From a virus (taxonomy: Duplodnaviria > Heunggongvirae > Uroviricota > Caudoviricetes), in IMG/VR virus record IMGVR_UViG_3300001528_000017, positions 1 through 64,000 of that record: DNA of 64,000 nt. One strand, 5' to 3'. The notes beneath the pieces are model-generated. The model was not told the DNA's origin. It searched no databases and saw nothing but the letters and a program-made list of their open reading frames with translations. Below are positions 44,847 to 54,745 of this stretch, piece after piece. The position numbers and the translations under genes were made by a program. The first letter of the stretch is position 1. Each line of letters begins with the position of its first letter.

Positions 44847-47255
44847 ATGAGTTTTGGAAATATAAACTTACCTCAGCAACAATTGCCAATGTCCAAGAAG
44901 ACAAAGGCATGGAGGAAACAGCACCTAGACTGGGCAGATTCTAGAACTTTCTTCAATTATGCTCCAGTCAGGAACTCTGTTATCCATAAGAGGATTAACT
45001 ATGACCTCTTTAATGGTAAGCTGCACATGCAAGACCTTGAGGTGGTTCTTAATCCTGAACACTTAAAGGAGAAAACAACACCCACAGATATACAGCACTA
45101 TCCTATCATCAATAGTAAACTTCAGGTGCTGAGAGGAGAGGAGTCAAAGAGAGTGTTTGACTTCAGGGTTGTTGTGACCAATCCTAATTCAATCTCTGAA
45201 ATTGAGGAAAACAAGAAGGCAGCTGTACTTCAGCAGATGCAGCAACTTATGTCAGACCAATCATCAAGTGATGAGGAGTTCCAGCAGAAGCTTGATAAGA
45301 TGAATGACTACTTTACTTATGAGTGGCAAGACATGAGAGAAGTGCGTGCTAACTGCTTACTTAATCATTATATTAAGGAGTATGACATGCCTCTTATGTT
45401 CAATCAAGGATTCATGGATGCAGCCATCGTAGGAGAGGAAATATATCAGTGTGATATTAGGGGAGGAGAGCCAATTATTGAGAGGGTAAATCCACTAAAG
45501 ATAAGAATATTTAAGTCAGGTTACAGCAATAGAGTAGAGGATGCAGATATTATTATCATGGAGGATTATTGGTCTCCAGGGCAAATCATTGATGCTTATT
45601 ACGATGTTTTAAGCAAAAAGGATATTGCCTACATTGAGTCTGCTCCTGATATTGTACCTCAAGCTGATGAAATGGGTCATCCAGATGAGAGGGCTGCATT
45701 TGTTAATCACCACATGATTGATGATGTAATCTCAGGCACAGATGAAGAAGGAATGGGATTCTACTTTGACCCATTTGGACTATTCTCTGATGGTGCAGGA
45801 GACCTTCTACCCTTTGACACCAATGGTAATGTAAGAGTACTTAGAATGTACTGGAAGTCAAGAAGGAGAATCAAGAAGGTTAAGTCATACGATGAGAATG
45901 GTGAAGAGACTTATAGCTTCTATCCTGAGACTTATGTACTGAATGAGGCTCTAGGAGAAGAGGAAGAAATCCACTATATCAATGAAGCTTGGGAAGGTAC
46001 TAAGATTGGTCAGGAAATCTATGTAAATATGAGACCAAGAGTGATACAATACAATAGACTTACTAATCCTAGTAGATGTCACTTTGGTATTGTAGGCTCA
46101 ATATATAACCTCAATGAGAGTAAGCCGTACAGCCTTGTAGATATGATGAAGCCATACAACTACTTGTATGATGTAATTCACGATAGGCTTAACAAGATGA
46201 TGGCTAAGAACTGGGGTAAGATTATCACTTTAGACCTTGCTAAAGTACCCAAGGATTGGAAGATAGACAAGTGGATGTACTTTGCAAAGAAGAACAACAT
46301 AGCAGTAATTGACAGCTTCAAAGAAGGTAATGTTGGTGCTGCTACTGGTAAGCTTGCAGGTGCTCTAAACAATGCTTCCTCAGGGGTTATTGATGCAGAG
46401 CTTGGAAACAGCATACAGATGTACATTAACATGCTTGAGTTTATCAAGATGGAAATGTCAGAAGTTGTAGGTATTTCCAAGCAAAGAGAGGGACAAATCA
46501 GCAATAGAGAGACAGTAGGGGGTGTGGAAAGAGCTACTCTTCAGTCATCACACATCACAGAATGGATTTTCACAGTGCATGATGATGTGAAGAAGAGAGC
46601 ACTTGAGTGCTTCTTAGAGACAGCAAAGATATGTCTAAAGGGTAGAAACCTCAAGTTCCCTTATCTCTTATCAGATGGCTCTCAGAGAGTAGCTGATATT
46701 GATGGTGATGAGTTTGCAGAGTCAGATTATGGCTTAGTGGTAGATAACAGCAATGGGCTACAAGACCTGAATCAAAAGCTTGATATGCTGGCACAGGCAG
46801 CTCTTCAGAATCAGACAATTTCATTCTCTACTATAATGAAGCTTTATGGTAGCTCATCTGTTGCAGAAAAGCAGAGACTAGTAGAAAATGACGAAAGAAG
46901 AATACAGGAGAGGCAAGCTCAACAAGCACAAGCTGAACAGCAGATTAAGGAGGCTGAACTACAGCAGCAGGCAGCACTTGAGCAGGCTAAGATGGAGCAG
47001 GAAGATAGATTAAATCAGAGGGATAATGAAACTAAAATCATTGTTGCTAGTATGGCTCATAGTGCTGACGATGGCATTCAAGAGCCTGAGTACTCACAAG
47101 AAGCTAAAGACAAGCTAGCTGAATCCATAAGACAGTTTGATGAAAGACTCAAGCTAGATAAGGAAAGGCTTAACTTGGACAAGCATAAAGCAGAGGTTGA
47201 TGCAGACCTCAAGAGAAAAGCACTAAACAAGAAAACAACAACTTCTAGTAAATAA
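44847..47255 (+). CDS. portal protein (putative)
   Basis: 802 aa, position after the terminase-like gene, acidic C-terminus with coiled coil. Confidence 0.4.
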   Translation: MSFGNINLPQQQLPMSKKTKAWRKQHLDWADSRTFFNYAPVRNSVIHKRINYDLFNGKLHMQDLEVVLNPEHLKEKTTPTDIQHYPIINSKLQVLRGEESKRVFDFRVVVTNPNSISEIEENKKAAVLQQMQQLMSDQSSSDEEFQQKLDKMNDYFTYEWQDMREVRANCLLNHYIKEYDMPLMFNQGFMDAAIVGEEIYQCDIRGGEPIIERVNPLKIRIFKSGYSNRVEDADIIIMEDYWSPGQIIDAYYDVLSKKDIAYIESAPDIVPQADEMGHPDERAAFVNHHMIDDVISGTDEEGMGFYFDPFGLFSDGAGDLLPFDTNGNVRVLRMYWKSRRRIKKVKSYDENGEETYSFYPETYVLNEALGEEEEIHYINEAWEGTKIGQEIYVNMRPRVIQYNRLTNPSRCHFGIVGSIYNLNESKPYSLVDMMKPYNYLYDVIHDRLNKMMAKNWGKIITLDLAKVPKDWKIDKWMYFAKKNNIAVIDSFKEGNVGAATGKLAGALNNASSGVIDAELGNSIQMYINMLEFIKMEMSEVVGISKQREGQISNRETVGGVERATLQSSHITEWIFTVHDDVKKRALECFLETAKICLKGRNLKFPYLLSDGSQRVADIDGDEFAESDYGLVVDNSNGLQDLNQKLDMLAQAALQNQTISFSTIMKLYGSSSVAEKQRLVENDERRIQERQAQQAQAEQQIKEAELQQQAALEQAKMEQEDRLNQRDNETKIIVASMAHSADDGIQEPEYSQEAKDKLAESIRQFDERLKLDKERLNLDKHKAEVDADLKRKALNKKTTTSSK

Positions 47256-47260
47256 GAACT

Positions 47261-49210
47261 ATGATATTTACACAGGAACAAATTAACGAAATAAAACAGA
47301 GACTAGCACTCTCTGGTTCAAAGGACCCACAGCTTCCACTAGCTGACCTTCCTCTTTCAGGAGAGGAAACCATAGCATTAGTGCAGCAAGGTGAGAACAA
47401 GAGAGTGTCTATTGAAGAGTTCTATGAAGAGTTCTCTCAATACATTGATGGTTCTGAGAGAGTGGACTTCTTCAATGTCTCTAGGTATGCTCAAAGGGTA
47501 GCTGGTGCAGATGAAAGCGTAGCACTTACCCTAAATGAGGCAGTGGTATTATGTCCTGAGGATGTCAGAAGAGGAGGACAAGTTCTCACGTTCATTAACA
47601 GAGAAGGCAATTGGATGCTATGGCAGTACAAGGGTGTAGATGCTTCTCATTGGGAAGATACAAGCATGATGTGGGTAAACCTAGAAAGTGACCCTAACCT
47701 TGGAGTTATCTTCACAATTTCAGACTCAGTAGTACCTGTTGGAGAAACCAAGTCCATCTATCTACACTTCGAGACCTCAGATGGAGGTGAGGCATCAGTT
47801 GTACAGCTGCTAGTTAATGATGAGGTTTACAGAACCTACAGAAACACTTCCACCTTTGACCTTAACATTGATGTTGATGCTGAAACAGAGTTTACTGTTA
47901 AAGCATACCAATATGGATATGAATACATAGAGACTCACAAGGTTCTAGTAAGCTATCCTGCTTGGATAGGAGCTGGTGAAAACTATGATGATGTGGTAGC
48001 AGAGCCATACAAGATTCAGGTAACTGATACTATGGATGGCACATACGATGTAGTATTCAACTATACAGCCTACCTTATCATCCTAGTACCAAAGCACCTA
48101 ACCTTAGGTCCCATCAAGATGAGTGGATTTGATGTTCCAATGCAAGCTGCTTACACTCAGAAGATAGGTGACACTGACTACACTGTTTACATGAGTGGTA
48201 ATAAGTATGTAGCAGGAACCCATACATTTGTGGTAGGAACCTATCAAGGTACTGAGCATGAGTTAGTGACATCAATGCAGCAGGATATTGCAGGTCTCCA
48301 GACTTTAGTAGGAGAGCAAGAGCAAGTCAATCAGGAGCAAACTGGTAATATTGACAACCTACAAGAGGATGTTCATGACCTACAAGAGGAAGGTCTTAAT
48401 GGACCAGACAATGAGGATATTACCTTGCATGAAAAGAAGTATAGGTTTGCAGACAAGTTGTATGATGAACTTAACTTCTCAGGTAAGGGTAGAACATATC
48501 TAAGAAAGAATGTAAAGAGCATCACAGAGATAAGTGGAAACTCTTCTACTACCTATGTAAAGAACCTCCTATCTCAGGACATGCTGCTTTCTCCTCATAC
48601 TATTTATCACATTCAGTACAACTATGAGCTTGGTAACACTGGTTACTTTAACTTAACTCAGTCTATAACCATAAATGACATAGAGTTCAAGTACAAAGAT
48701 GTGACTCTTAAACCACAAGAGAAGATTGTACTTGGAGAGAATGGTAAGATTCTTACAAATGAGTCCTATCAGTGGGCAGTAAGCCTCAATAACTACTATG
48801 TCAATAGTGGATATGAGGACACTACAGTAAGAGTTGCTGTTCTAGCAAGTGTAGGAAATAGGGTAGATTACACTACATTAAATAGTAGAATCACCATACC
48901 TGAGGATTGTGTTCTAAAGTTTGAAGGAGGAAACATAAGCAATGGTGTACTTGATGCTCAAGGCACAATAATTGAGTGCTCAGTACCTAGGTCTGAGGTA
49001 CTGAATGTAGCAATTTATGGAACTTATGAGTTCAGTGGCTACTCAAAGAACAGCATACTTACTGGTTCAACCCCTCCAGAAGACCCAGAGATTGGACAAA
49101 TGTTCTTCTATCTAGGTGGAGAGGGTGATATACCAATATGGTACAATGGTGTATTTTGGGTAGATGCAACAGGAACACAAGTATCATTCGACAATGGAGA
49201 GGAAACTTAA
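47261..49210 (+). CDS. fibre/decoration-like structural protein
   Basis: 649 aa with a central coiled coil (QEQVNQEQTGNIDNLQEDVHDLQEEG). Confidence 0.35.
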   Translation: MIFTQEQINEIKQRLALSGSKDPQLPLADLPLSGEETIALVQQGENKRVSIEEFYEEFSQYIDGSERVDFFNVSRYAQRVAGADESVALTLNEAVVLCPEDVRRGGQVLTFINREGNWMLWQYKGVDASHWEDTSMMWVNLESDPNLGVIFTISDSVVPVGETKSIYLHFETSDGGEASVVQLLVNDEVYRTYRNTSTFDLNIDVDAETEFTVKAYQYGYEYIETHKVLVSYPAWIGAGENYDDVVAEPYKIQVTDTMDGTYDVVFNYTAYLIILVPKHLTLGPIKMSGFDVPMQAAYTQKIGDTDYTVYMSGNKYVAGTHTFVVGTYQGTEHELVTSMQQDIAGLQTLVGEQEQVNQEQTGNIDNLQEDVHDLQEEGLNGPDNEDITLHEKKYRFADKLYDELNFSGKGRTYLRKNVKSITEISGNSSTTYVKNLLSQDMLLSPHTIYHIQYNYELGNTGYFNLTQSITINDIEFKYKDVTLKPQEKIVLGENGKILTNESYQWAVSLNNYYVNSGYEDTTVRVAVLASVGNRVDYTTLNSRITIPEDCVLKFEGGNISNGVLDAQGTIIECSVPRSEVLNVAIYGTYEFSGYSKNSILTGSTPPEDPEIGQMFFYLGGEGDIPIWYNGVFWVDATGTQVSFDNGEET

Positions 49211-49375
49211 TGAGATTCTTGAGCTAACAAGAGATAACAACAGGATGCTGAGAGAGATTATCGGGTTCATCAATGCTTTTGGCAGGAACATTACCCAAGA
49301 GAATGCTGAAGACTTTGGTAGAAATGTACTCGCTAATCTCCTTAGCAACGGTTTAGAAACAAATAGATTCAAACT

Positions 49376-49798
49376 ATGAAAGGTAAAAACTTAGTTAAAA
49401 CCCCTGGTGAGCTATATGCTCCAACCGCTGGTGGAGTTGTAGTATCTGCTGATGGTGTTAAGGACTATAGGAAGAACAAAACCCAAGAAGTCCTTAACCA
49501 AGAGATACTTGATATTGCTCAAGAAGCAAAGGACATAGCACAGGATGCTGCTGAGAGTGCCAGTAGTATGGAGAACATAATTGAAATACTTAAGGAACAG
49601 GGTGAGCAAGATATTGCTACTGCACTTGAGCATGAGGCTAGAATTGAACATAATGAACAGGATATTGCCCAACTTCAAGAACAATTAGGAGACTATACTA
49701 TTGTAGAAAGTTCTGAGGCAGAGATTGAGCAACTCATTGAAGATGATGAGGCTGACCCCAATACCCTGTACTTAATACCTGAGGAGGAGGAAGAATAA
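49376..49798 (+). CDS. acidic coiled-coil protein
   Basis: 140-aa ORF. Confidence 0.35.
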   Translation: MKGKNLVKTPGELYAPTAGGVVVSADGVKDYRKNKTQEVLNQEILDIAQEAKDIAQDAAESASSMENIIEILKEQGEQDIATALEHEARIEHNEQDIAQLQEQLGDYTIVESSEAEIEQLIEDDEADPNTLYLIPEEEEE

Positions 49799-49956
49799 TG
49801 GCACTATACCTAGGTAAGAAAGAAATTGGAGCCATTTACTTGGGTAAGCAAGCGATTAACGCTATATACCTTGGCTCTAGAGTTGTCTGGGAAGCTGCCA
49901 TGAGATTATGGAAAGATTACCAGATATGGAAAGAAAGTGAACTTTGGAAATACTAA
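49798..49956 (+). CDS. mini-ORF with three IYLG(K/S) repeats (52 aa)
   Basis: TAATG overlap with the upstream stop. Not in the ORF track because <60 aa. Confidence 0.25.
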   Translation: MALYLGKKEIGAIYLGKQAINAIYLGSRVVWEAAMRLWKDYQIWKESELWKY

Positions 49957-49966
49957 TATATAAAGT

Positions 49967-52900
49967 ATGGCTAGTAAACATTCAAAATTAGGACCAATTA
50001 CGAGTCTTGATACCCCTTGGAAGGACCACACTCACTATGAGGTAGAAGAGTTCCTTAAGGACCAAATTGAGCAGCTTGCTGGAGATACATCAAGAGCAAA
50101 GATGAGCATTGTGGTTACTGGAGGTAATGTGAAGTCCTACCTAAAGGATTCAGGCTCTGTAATTTTCAACTACACAGTAAACTACACAAGAGGTGGTAAT
50201 CCTGTGAACTCATGTAAGATGAGAATAACAGTGGGTACTACTGTTGTGTTTGACGGTGACATTGTGGCAGGACAGGAGATTGAAAGCCCTGACCTAGCAT
50301 ACTGGCTTAACAAGGCTGCTGAGAACACATCTTATGTGAACATGAAAGCCTATGACCTAGATGACCAAGATGTTGAGATTATATCTGAAACAAGTAGGGT
50401 AACTTACACTAGGCAGGTAGCTAATGTTCAGTCACTAGTAGCACTTGGTGCTGTTGTAAGCACTAACACCTCACTAAGACATTATGTAGAGTTTACAGGT
50501 GCTCAAGCTACTCTTTGTGCAAGGTTCTATCAACCTGATGGCACTGTACTACAGAATGGTTCTTCTGACCATTTTGAGTACCAAGTCTATAACTCAGGTA
50601 ACACTGATGTTATTAAGGTGCCAGTAGGTCTTGATGCAGGTACACACAAGCTTGAAGCATGGCTTGTCCTCAATGATGTGTCACACACACAAAGCCCAAT
50701 GGCAGTCTCAACTATCATTACCACATCAGGTGCTCAAGATGGTGCTATCTTTATTGTAGCACAAGAGCCTACAAATGCTGTGATAAATGACTATGTGGAC
50801 ATTCCATTTGCTGTGTCAGTATATAGAGTTACCCCATCAGGAACTACAGAATACTTACCTGTAGTACTTCAAGAGAATGATGGAGTAAAGTGGGTAACTA
50901 AGGCTATCAGAAGTGCTGGTAGTGGTATTACTCAACACTGGAACTATCTAGTAAGAAATGAAGAGACCCACCTAATGATTGGTGTACCTGAACTTAACCA
51001 AGATGGTACTATCCACTATGATGGTGAAGGTAATGTTATTCTTAGGAATGATGCTTTCTTACAGGTTAATTTCACAGCTGCAAGAAGTACTATCTCTTGG
51101 GTTCAGGAGACTTCAGGACTTCTAATGTATCTGACAGCTCAGAACAAGAGTAACTCAGACTTTGATATTGGGGTCTGGAAGGATAATGGATATGAAATGG
51201 AGTTCGATGATGTCCAATGGAATGCAAATGGAAGTGGTTGGAGTGATATTCCTCTTGATGATAATGGTGTAGCAATTCAAGTTGATGACCCATCTTCTTA
51301 CACAGGAAGGAAATCTACAGCACTTCACCTCATTGGTACTTCAAGGGCAAGAGTAAAGAACTTCTATCCTCTGTTCAACAACACCACACCTTATGAACAA
51401 GGTAGAACTGGTGGTGGTATTCTAAGTACAGGTAGAACTATGAAGATGTCCTTCATGGTATCTAATGTATCTAACCCTGAGGAGAAGCTAATCAAGTGTT
51501 GGGATGAGAATAGTAGGACAGGATTCTATGTAACAGGTGACTCTATCTACATTAACATAGGTAAGGAACTTGTAAGTCTTCCTGCTGAAGCACAGAATAA
51601 GGCAGGTCACAATGAAAGACACTTTGGTGCTGACAGGAGAATTGACCTTACTATTACAATTCAGCCTTACTACTACAATGGTGCTGAGACTTCACATGAG
51701 TTAAGGTACTATATAAATGGTGAGATTGCAGGTTTTGATGTGCTTACAAACGAAACTCTTTCTCAGTTAGTAAGACAGCCTATTGAGTTTGGAGGTTCAG
51801 GTGCTGCACTTGACCTATTTGACTTTAGATGTTATGATAGTGCTCTAAGTGCATTCGAGGTTCTTCAGACAAGAACTATGGACTTGGACAGCAGTGTTGA
51901 GATTAACAATACTTTCACCAAGAATAACTTCTACACAACTATAGATGGTGAGCCAGTTATCACTCTGGCAAAGGCTATTGACTATGGTAAGTACCAAGCA
52001 AAGCTAGGTAACACTAGATTTGCAGTTTGGGTAACTACTAACCTATGTAATGGTCCTGCATACATTGGTAACACTAAGACTCACTCAACAAGACCTGAGG
52101 GCTTCTATGTATTCAGGTTTAAGCAGAATGCAGCAGGTGAAGGTATCATTGACCCAGACACAACCTTCTATATCAAGGCTACTGGAATCAAGACGAGTGA
52201 CCAAGAATCCTATCTAAGACTTAGGAGACAAGGTACTTCTACTGCAAAGGAGGCTAAGGGTAACATTAGAGTGGACGTTAGAAATACTTGTGTTGTACAT
52301 AAGTTTGATGCTTCTACTCAGCAGTTCTATGAGGATAATGATGCTAACAGAGCAGCAGGTTACACCTATACTGTAGGTAAGAAAGCTAAGATTTGGCAAA
52401 TACCTGATGCAGATGCTATCCCATGCTACCTACTTACATGTAAGAAGAACCCCAATGAGTCAACTCAGGCAAGAAACCTTCCTACTGCAAGGTGGTATGA
52501 AGATTGCTGTAGGCAACTTGCAAAGCAGACAGACTCACAAGGAAACCATCCTTACCTAGATTGTCTGACAATGCCTCAGAGAAGAGAGCTTGAGAGTATC
52601 AGAGAGAACACTAACCTTGATTGGGCAGAGTCAATTGATGCTATCAAGACAAGACAAACTGTTGATGGTATTCCTTCACTAGGATTTGAGATTGCTTATG
52701 ACTCTCCAGCAGAGCTGAATCCTGTACAAGCAGTCACCTCATTTGGTGGTCAGTTTGACATGATTACAGACAAGACTAACATGGAAGTGTTTGGTTTTGG
52801 TGGCTGGAATAGTTGGGTTAGTGAGTATGAGAGACACTTCAACAAGTGGAATGACGCTGATGAAGACTTCTCTATTGAGTGGAGAAGAAATGACTCCCTT

Positions 52901-54736
52901 ATCTGCAACTTCTTGACCGCAGACCTACAGGCTCTAGATGGAGAAACAGAAACTAATCCTCTTGCAGGAGACTTAGAGTATAGGTATCCTGAAATCAATG
53001 ATAGTAGTGTTGTTATTGCTTGGTCATCAGGTAAGACTCCTACTAGAGGTATGGAGGAAAGTGGACCTATCCAAAGGCTGTTTGACCTTGTTAGAACTTG
53101 TGCTCAGGGAGACACCAAGACAGCAGGTGTAGTATATGTCAATGGTGTAGCAGTACCACAGACAGGTATTCACGCAGGTATGATACCTATTACTGCTAAG
53201 GCAGGTGAAACCTTATGGACTGCATCTATTGATGGTACATCAGGAAAAGTTACATGGACTTCTAGAGTGGTAGCAGAGGATACTACTGATTGGAGACCTG
53301 ATAATAATGCAGCAAGAATTGCCAAGTTTAAGACAGAACTAAAGCACCACTTAGTGGTTAATCAGTTCCTATTCAATGGACTTGCAATTGATGTAGCACT
53401 GATGGTTGACCAAGACACAAAGAACCAATTCTTCACACACTTCACTGGAGAGGATACAGAGCAAGGTGAAAAGCTGATGAGGCTTTTAGGCTATGACTTT
53501 GACTCTTCTTGGGATGTGGACAATGATAACTTCTTCAGATTTGACTATACAGTTAAGTACTCTGATGGTCTGTATGATGGTGCAGCTGAATACACCTACC
53601 CAGGTGGAGCTACTGCTATCCTAGGACCTGAGATTTGGAAGCTTATTTACATTTGCTTTGCAAGTGAAATTGCTACTATCAAGAGTATCCTATACTCTGG
53701 TTATCTGAATAAGGATGCTATCCTACAATACATGCACGAGAATCAGGTGGATGTCTATAACTCACTTATGTACAATGCTAACTCAGAGTACTCATACACA
53801 AGTAAGGCATCTGACTATCCTAAGACTCATGGTTCTGCAAGAGAGCACACTGAATGGTTTGTTGAAGGAAGAATGCACTTTGTGAGTGGTATAGGCTTTG
53901 TAGGTAGTAGAGACCAACAATCAGACTTCTTCAAGAATGCAGCTGCATTCAACCTAGCTACATTCTCAGAAGAGTTCAAGCAACAATATCCTAACAATGC
54001 AGCTAACAGAGGTGGTGTTGGTAAGGAGTGGACACTTGAAGTAAAGGGTTATGAGAGAACAAATGCAGCCCTAGCTTATGGTGCAAGTACCTACTATCCT
54101 TCAGTAGAGGTAAATGTAACACAGGCTTATGATGCAAACTATCAACCTGTAGGAGACCCAGTAAGAGATACAGCTTATCTAAAGGCTTCTTCTGATGTAG
54201 GTGATGCTCCTTCAGATAACAGATTCAGAATCTTCGGTGGTAAGCACTTAATGAGTGTTAAGGGACTTTCTACATGGTACATTCTGAATGTTGCTGACTG
54301 GGGAGACTTAACTAATGTTGAGGAACTTGAGATAGGTAGCACACAATCTTGGGATGATGGACAGGGTAATATGGAGTACTATAGGAATCCTAACCTGAAT
54401 AACCTAGGTATAAACAACAGCAGCAGACCATTTGGTTCTTGCAAGAAGCTTAACCTAGCAGGTTGTGTAGCTCTTACAGGTAGGCTTGACCTAGTTAAGT
54501 TCCCAATACTTGAGGAGTTTGAAGGTCTGAGAATGGATGGTATCACAGAGGTACAGCTTCCAGTTGGTAATAGTCTGAGAAAGATTAGTTATCCAGCTAA
54601 CTTAATCACTGTGAACATCAACAATAAGCCTAACCTAAATGATGTAACATTTGAGGGAGTAAATAGTGTAACTGAGGTTTCTGTTACCAACTCAAGTGAC
54701 TACATAGCTCAATTGGCAATCACTAAATTCTTATAA
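49967..54736 (+). CDS. giant virion-associated protein (1589 aa)
   Basis: Single uninterrupted ORF directly upstream of the DGR-targeted receptor-binding-like protein. Confidence 0.5.
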   Translation: MASKHSKLGPITSLDTPWKDHTHYEVEEFLKDQIEQLAGDTSRAKMSIVVTGGNVKSYLKDSGSVIFNYTVNYTRGGNPVNSCKMRITVGTTVVFDGDIVAGQEIESPDLAYWLNKAAENTSYVNMKAYDLDDQDVEIISETSRVTYTRQVANVQSLVALGAVVSTNTSLRHYVEFTGAQATLCARFYQPDGTVLQNGSSDHFEYQVYNSGNTDVIKVPVGLDAGTHKLEAWLVLNDVSHTQSPMAVSTIITTSGAQDGAIFIVAQEPTNAVINDYVDIPFAVSVYRVTPSGTTEYLPVVLQENDGVKWVTKAIRSAGSGITQHWNYLVRNEETHLMIGVPELNQDGTIHYDGEGNVILRNDAFLQVNFTAARSTISWVQETSGLLMYLTAQNKSNSDFDIGVWKDNGYEMEFDDVQWNANGSGWSDIPLDDNGVAIQVDDPSSYTGRKSTALHLIGTSRARVKNFYPLFNNTTPYEQGRTGGGILSTGRTMKMSFMVSNVSNPEEKLIKCWDENSRTGFYVTGDSIYINIGKELVSLPAEAQNKAGHNERHFGADRRIDLTITIQPYYYNGAETSHELRYYINGEIAGFDVLTNETLSQLVRQPIEFGGSGAALDLFDFRCYDSALSAFEVLQTRTMDLDSSVEINNTFTKNNFYTTIDGEPVITLAKAIDYGKYQAKLGNTRFAVWVTTNLCNGPAYIGNTKTHSTRPEGFYVFRFKQNAAGEGIIDPDTTFYIKATGIKTSDQESYLRLRRQGTSTAKEAKGNIRVDVRNTCVVHKFDASTQQFYEDNDANRAAGYTYTVGKKAKIWQIPDADAIPCYLLTCKKNPNESTQARNLPTARWYEDCCRQLAKQTDSQGNHPYLDCLTMPQRRELESIRENTNLDWAESIDAIKTRQTVDGIPSLGFEIAYDSPAELNPVQAVTSFGGQFDMITDKTNMEVFGFGGWNSWVSEYERHFNKWNDADEDFSIEWRRNDSLICNFLTADLQALDGETETNPLAGDLEYRYPEINDSSVVIAWSSGKTPTRGMEESGPIQRLFDLVRTCAQGDTKTAGVVYVNGVAVPQTGIHAGMIPITAKAGETLWTASIDGTSGKVTWTSRVVAEDTTDWRPDNNAARIAKFKTELKHHLVVNQFLFNGLAIDVALMVDQDTKNQFFTHFTGEDTEQGEKLMRLLGYDFDSSWDVDNDNFFRFDYTVKYSDGLYDGAAEYTYPGGATAILGPEIWKLIYICFASEIATIKSILYSGYLNKDAILQYMHENQVDVYNSLMYNANSEYSYTSKASDYPKTHGSAREHTEWFVEGRMHFVSGIGFVGSRDQQSDFFKNAAAFNLATFSEEFKQQYPNNAANRGGVGKEWTLEVKGYERTNAALAYGASTYYPSVEVNVTQAYDANYQPVGDPVRDTAYLKASSDVGDAPSDNRFRIFGGKHLMSVKGLSTWYILNVADWGDLTNVEELEIGSTQSWDDGQGNMEYYRNPNLNNLGINNSSRPFGSCKKLNLAGCVALTGRLDLVKFPILEEFEGLRMDGITEVQLPVGNSLRKISYPANLITVNINNKPNLNDVTFEGVNSVTEVSVTNSSDYIAQLAITKFL

Positions 54737-54745
54737 TAGAAGTAT

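Noticed and set aside
42518-47255. Firm assignment of terminase and portal
   Set aside because: Not rejected as genes, but I could not identify unambiguous Walker A/B or nuclease motifs by eye. Calls rest on size and order only, hence low confidence. No major capsid protein could be recognised in the window.
49164-49379. 71-aa ORF overlapping the end of gene 47261-49210
   Set aside because: Largely embedded in the 3' end of a long confident gene in another frame. No independent signal.
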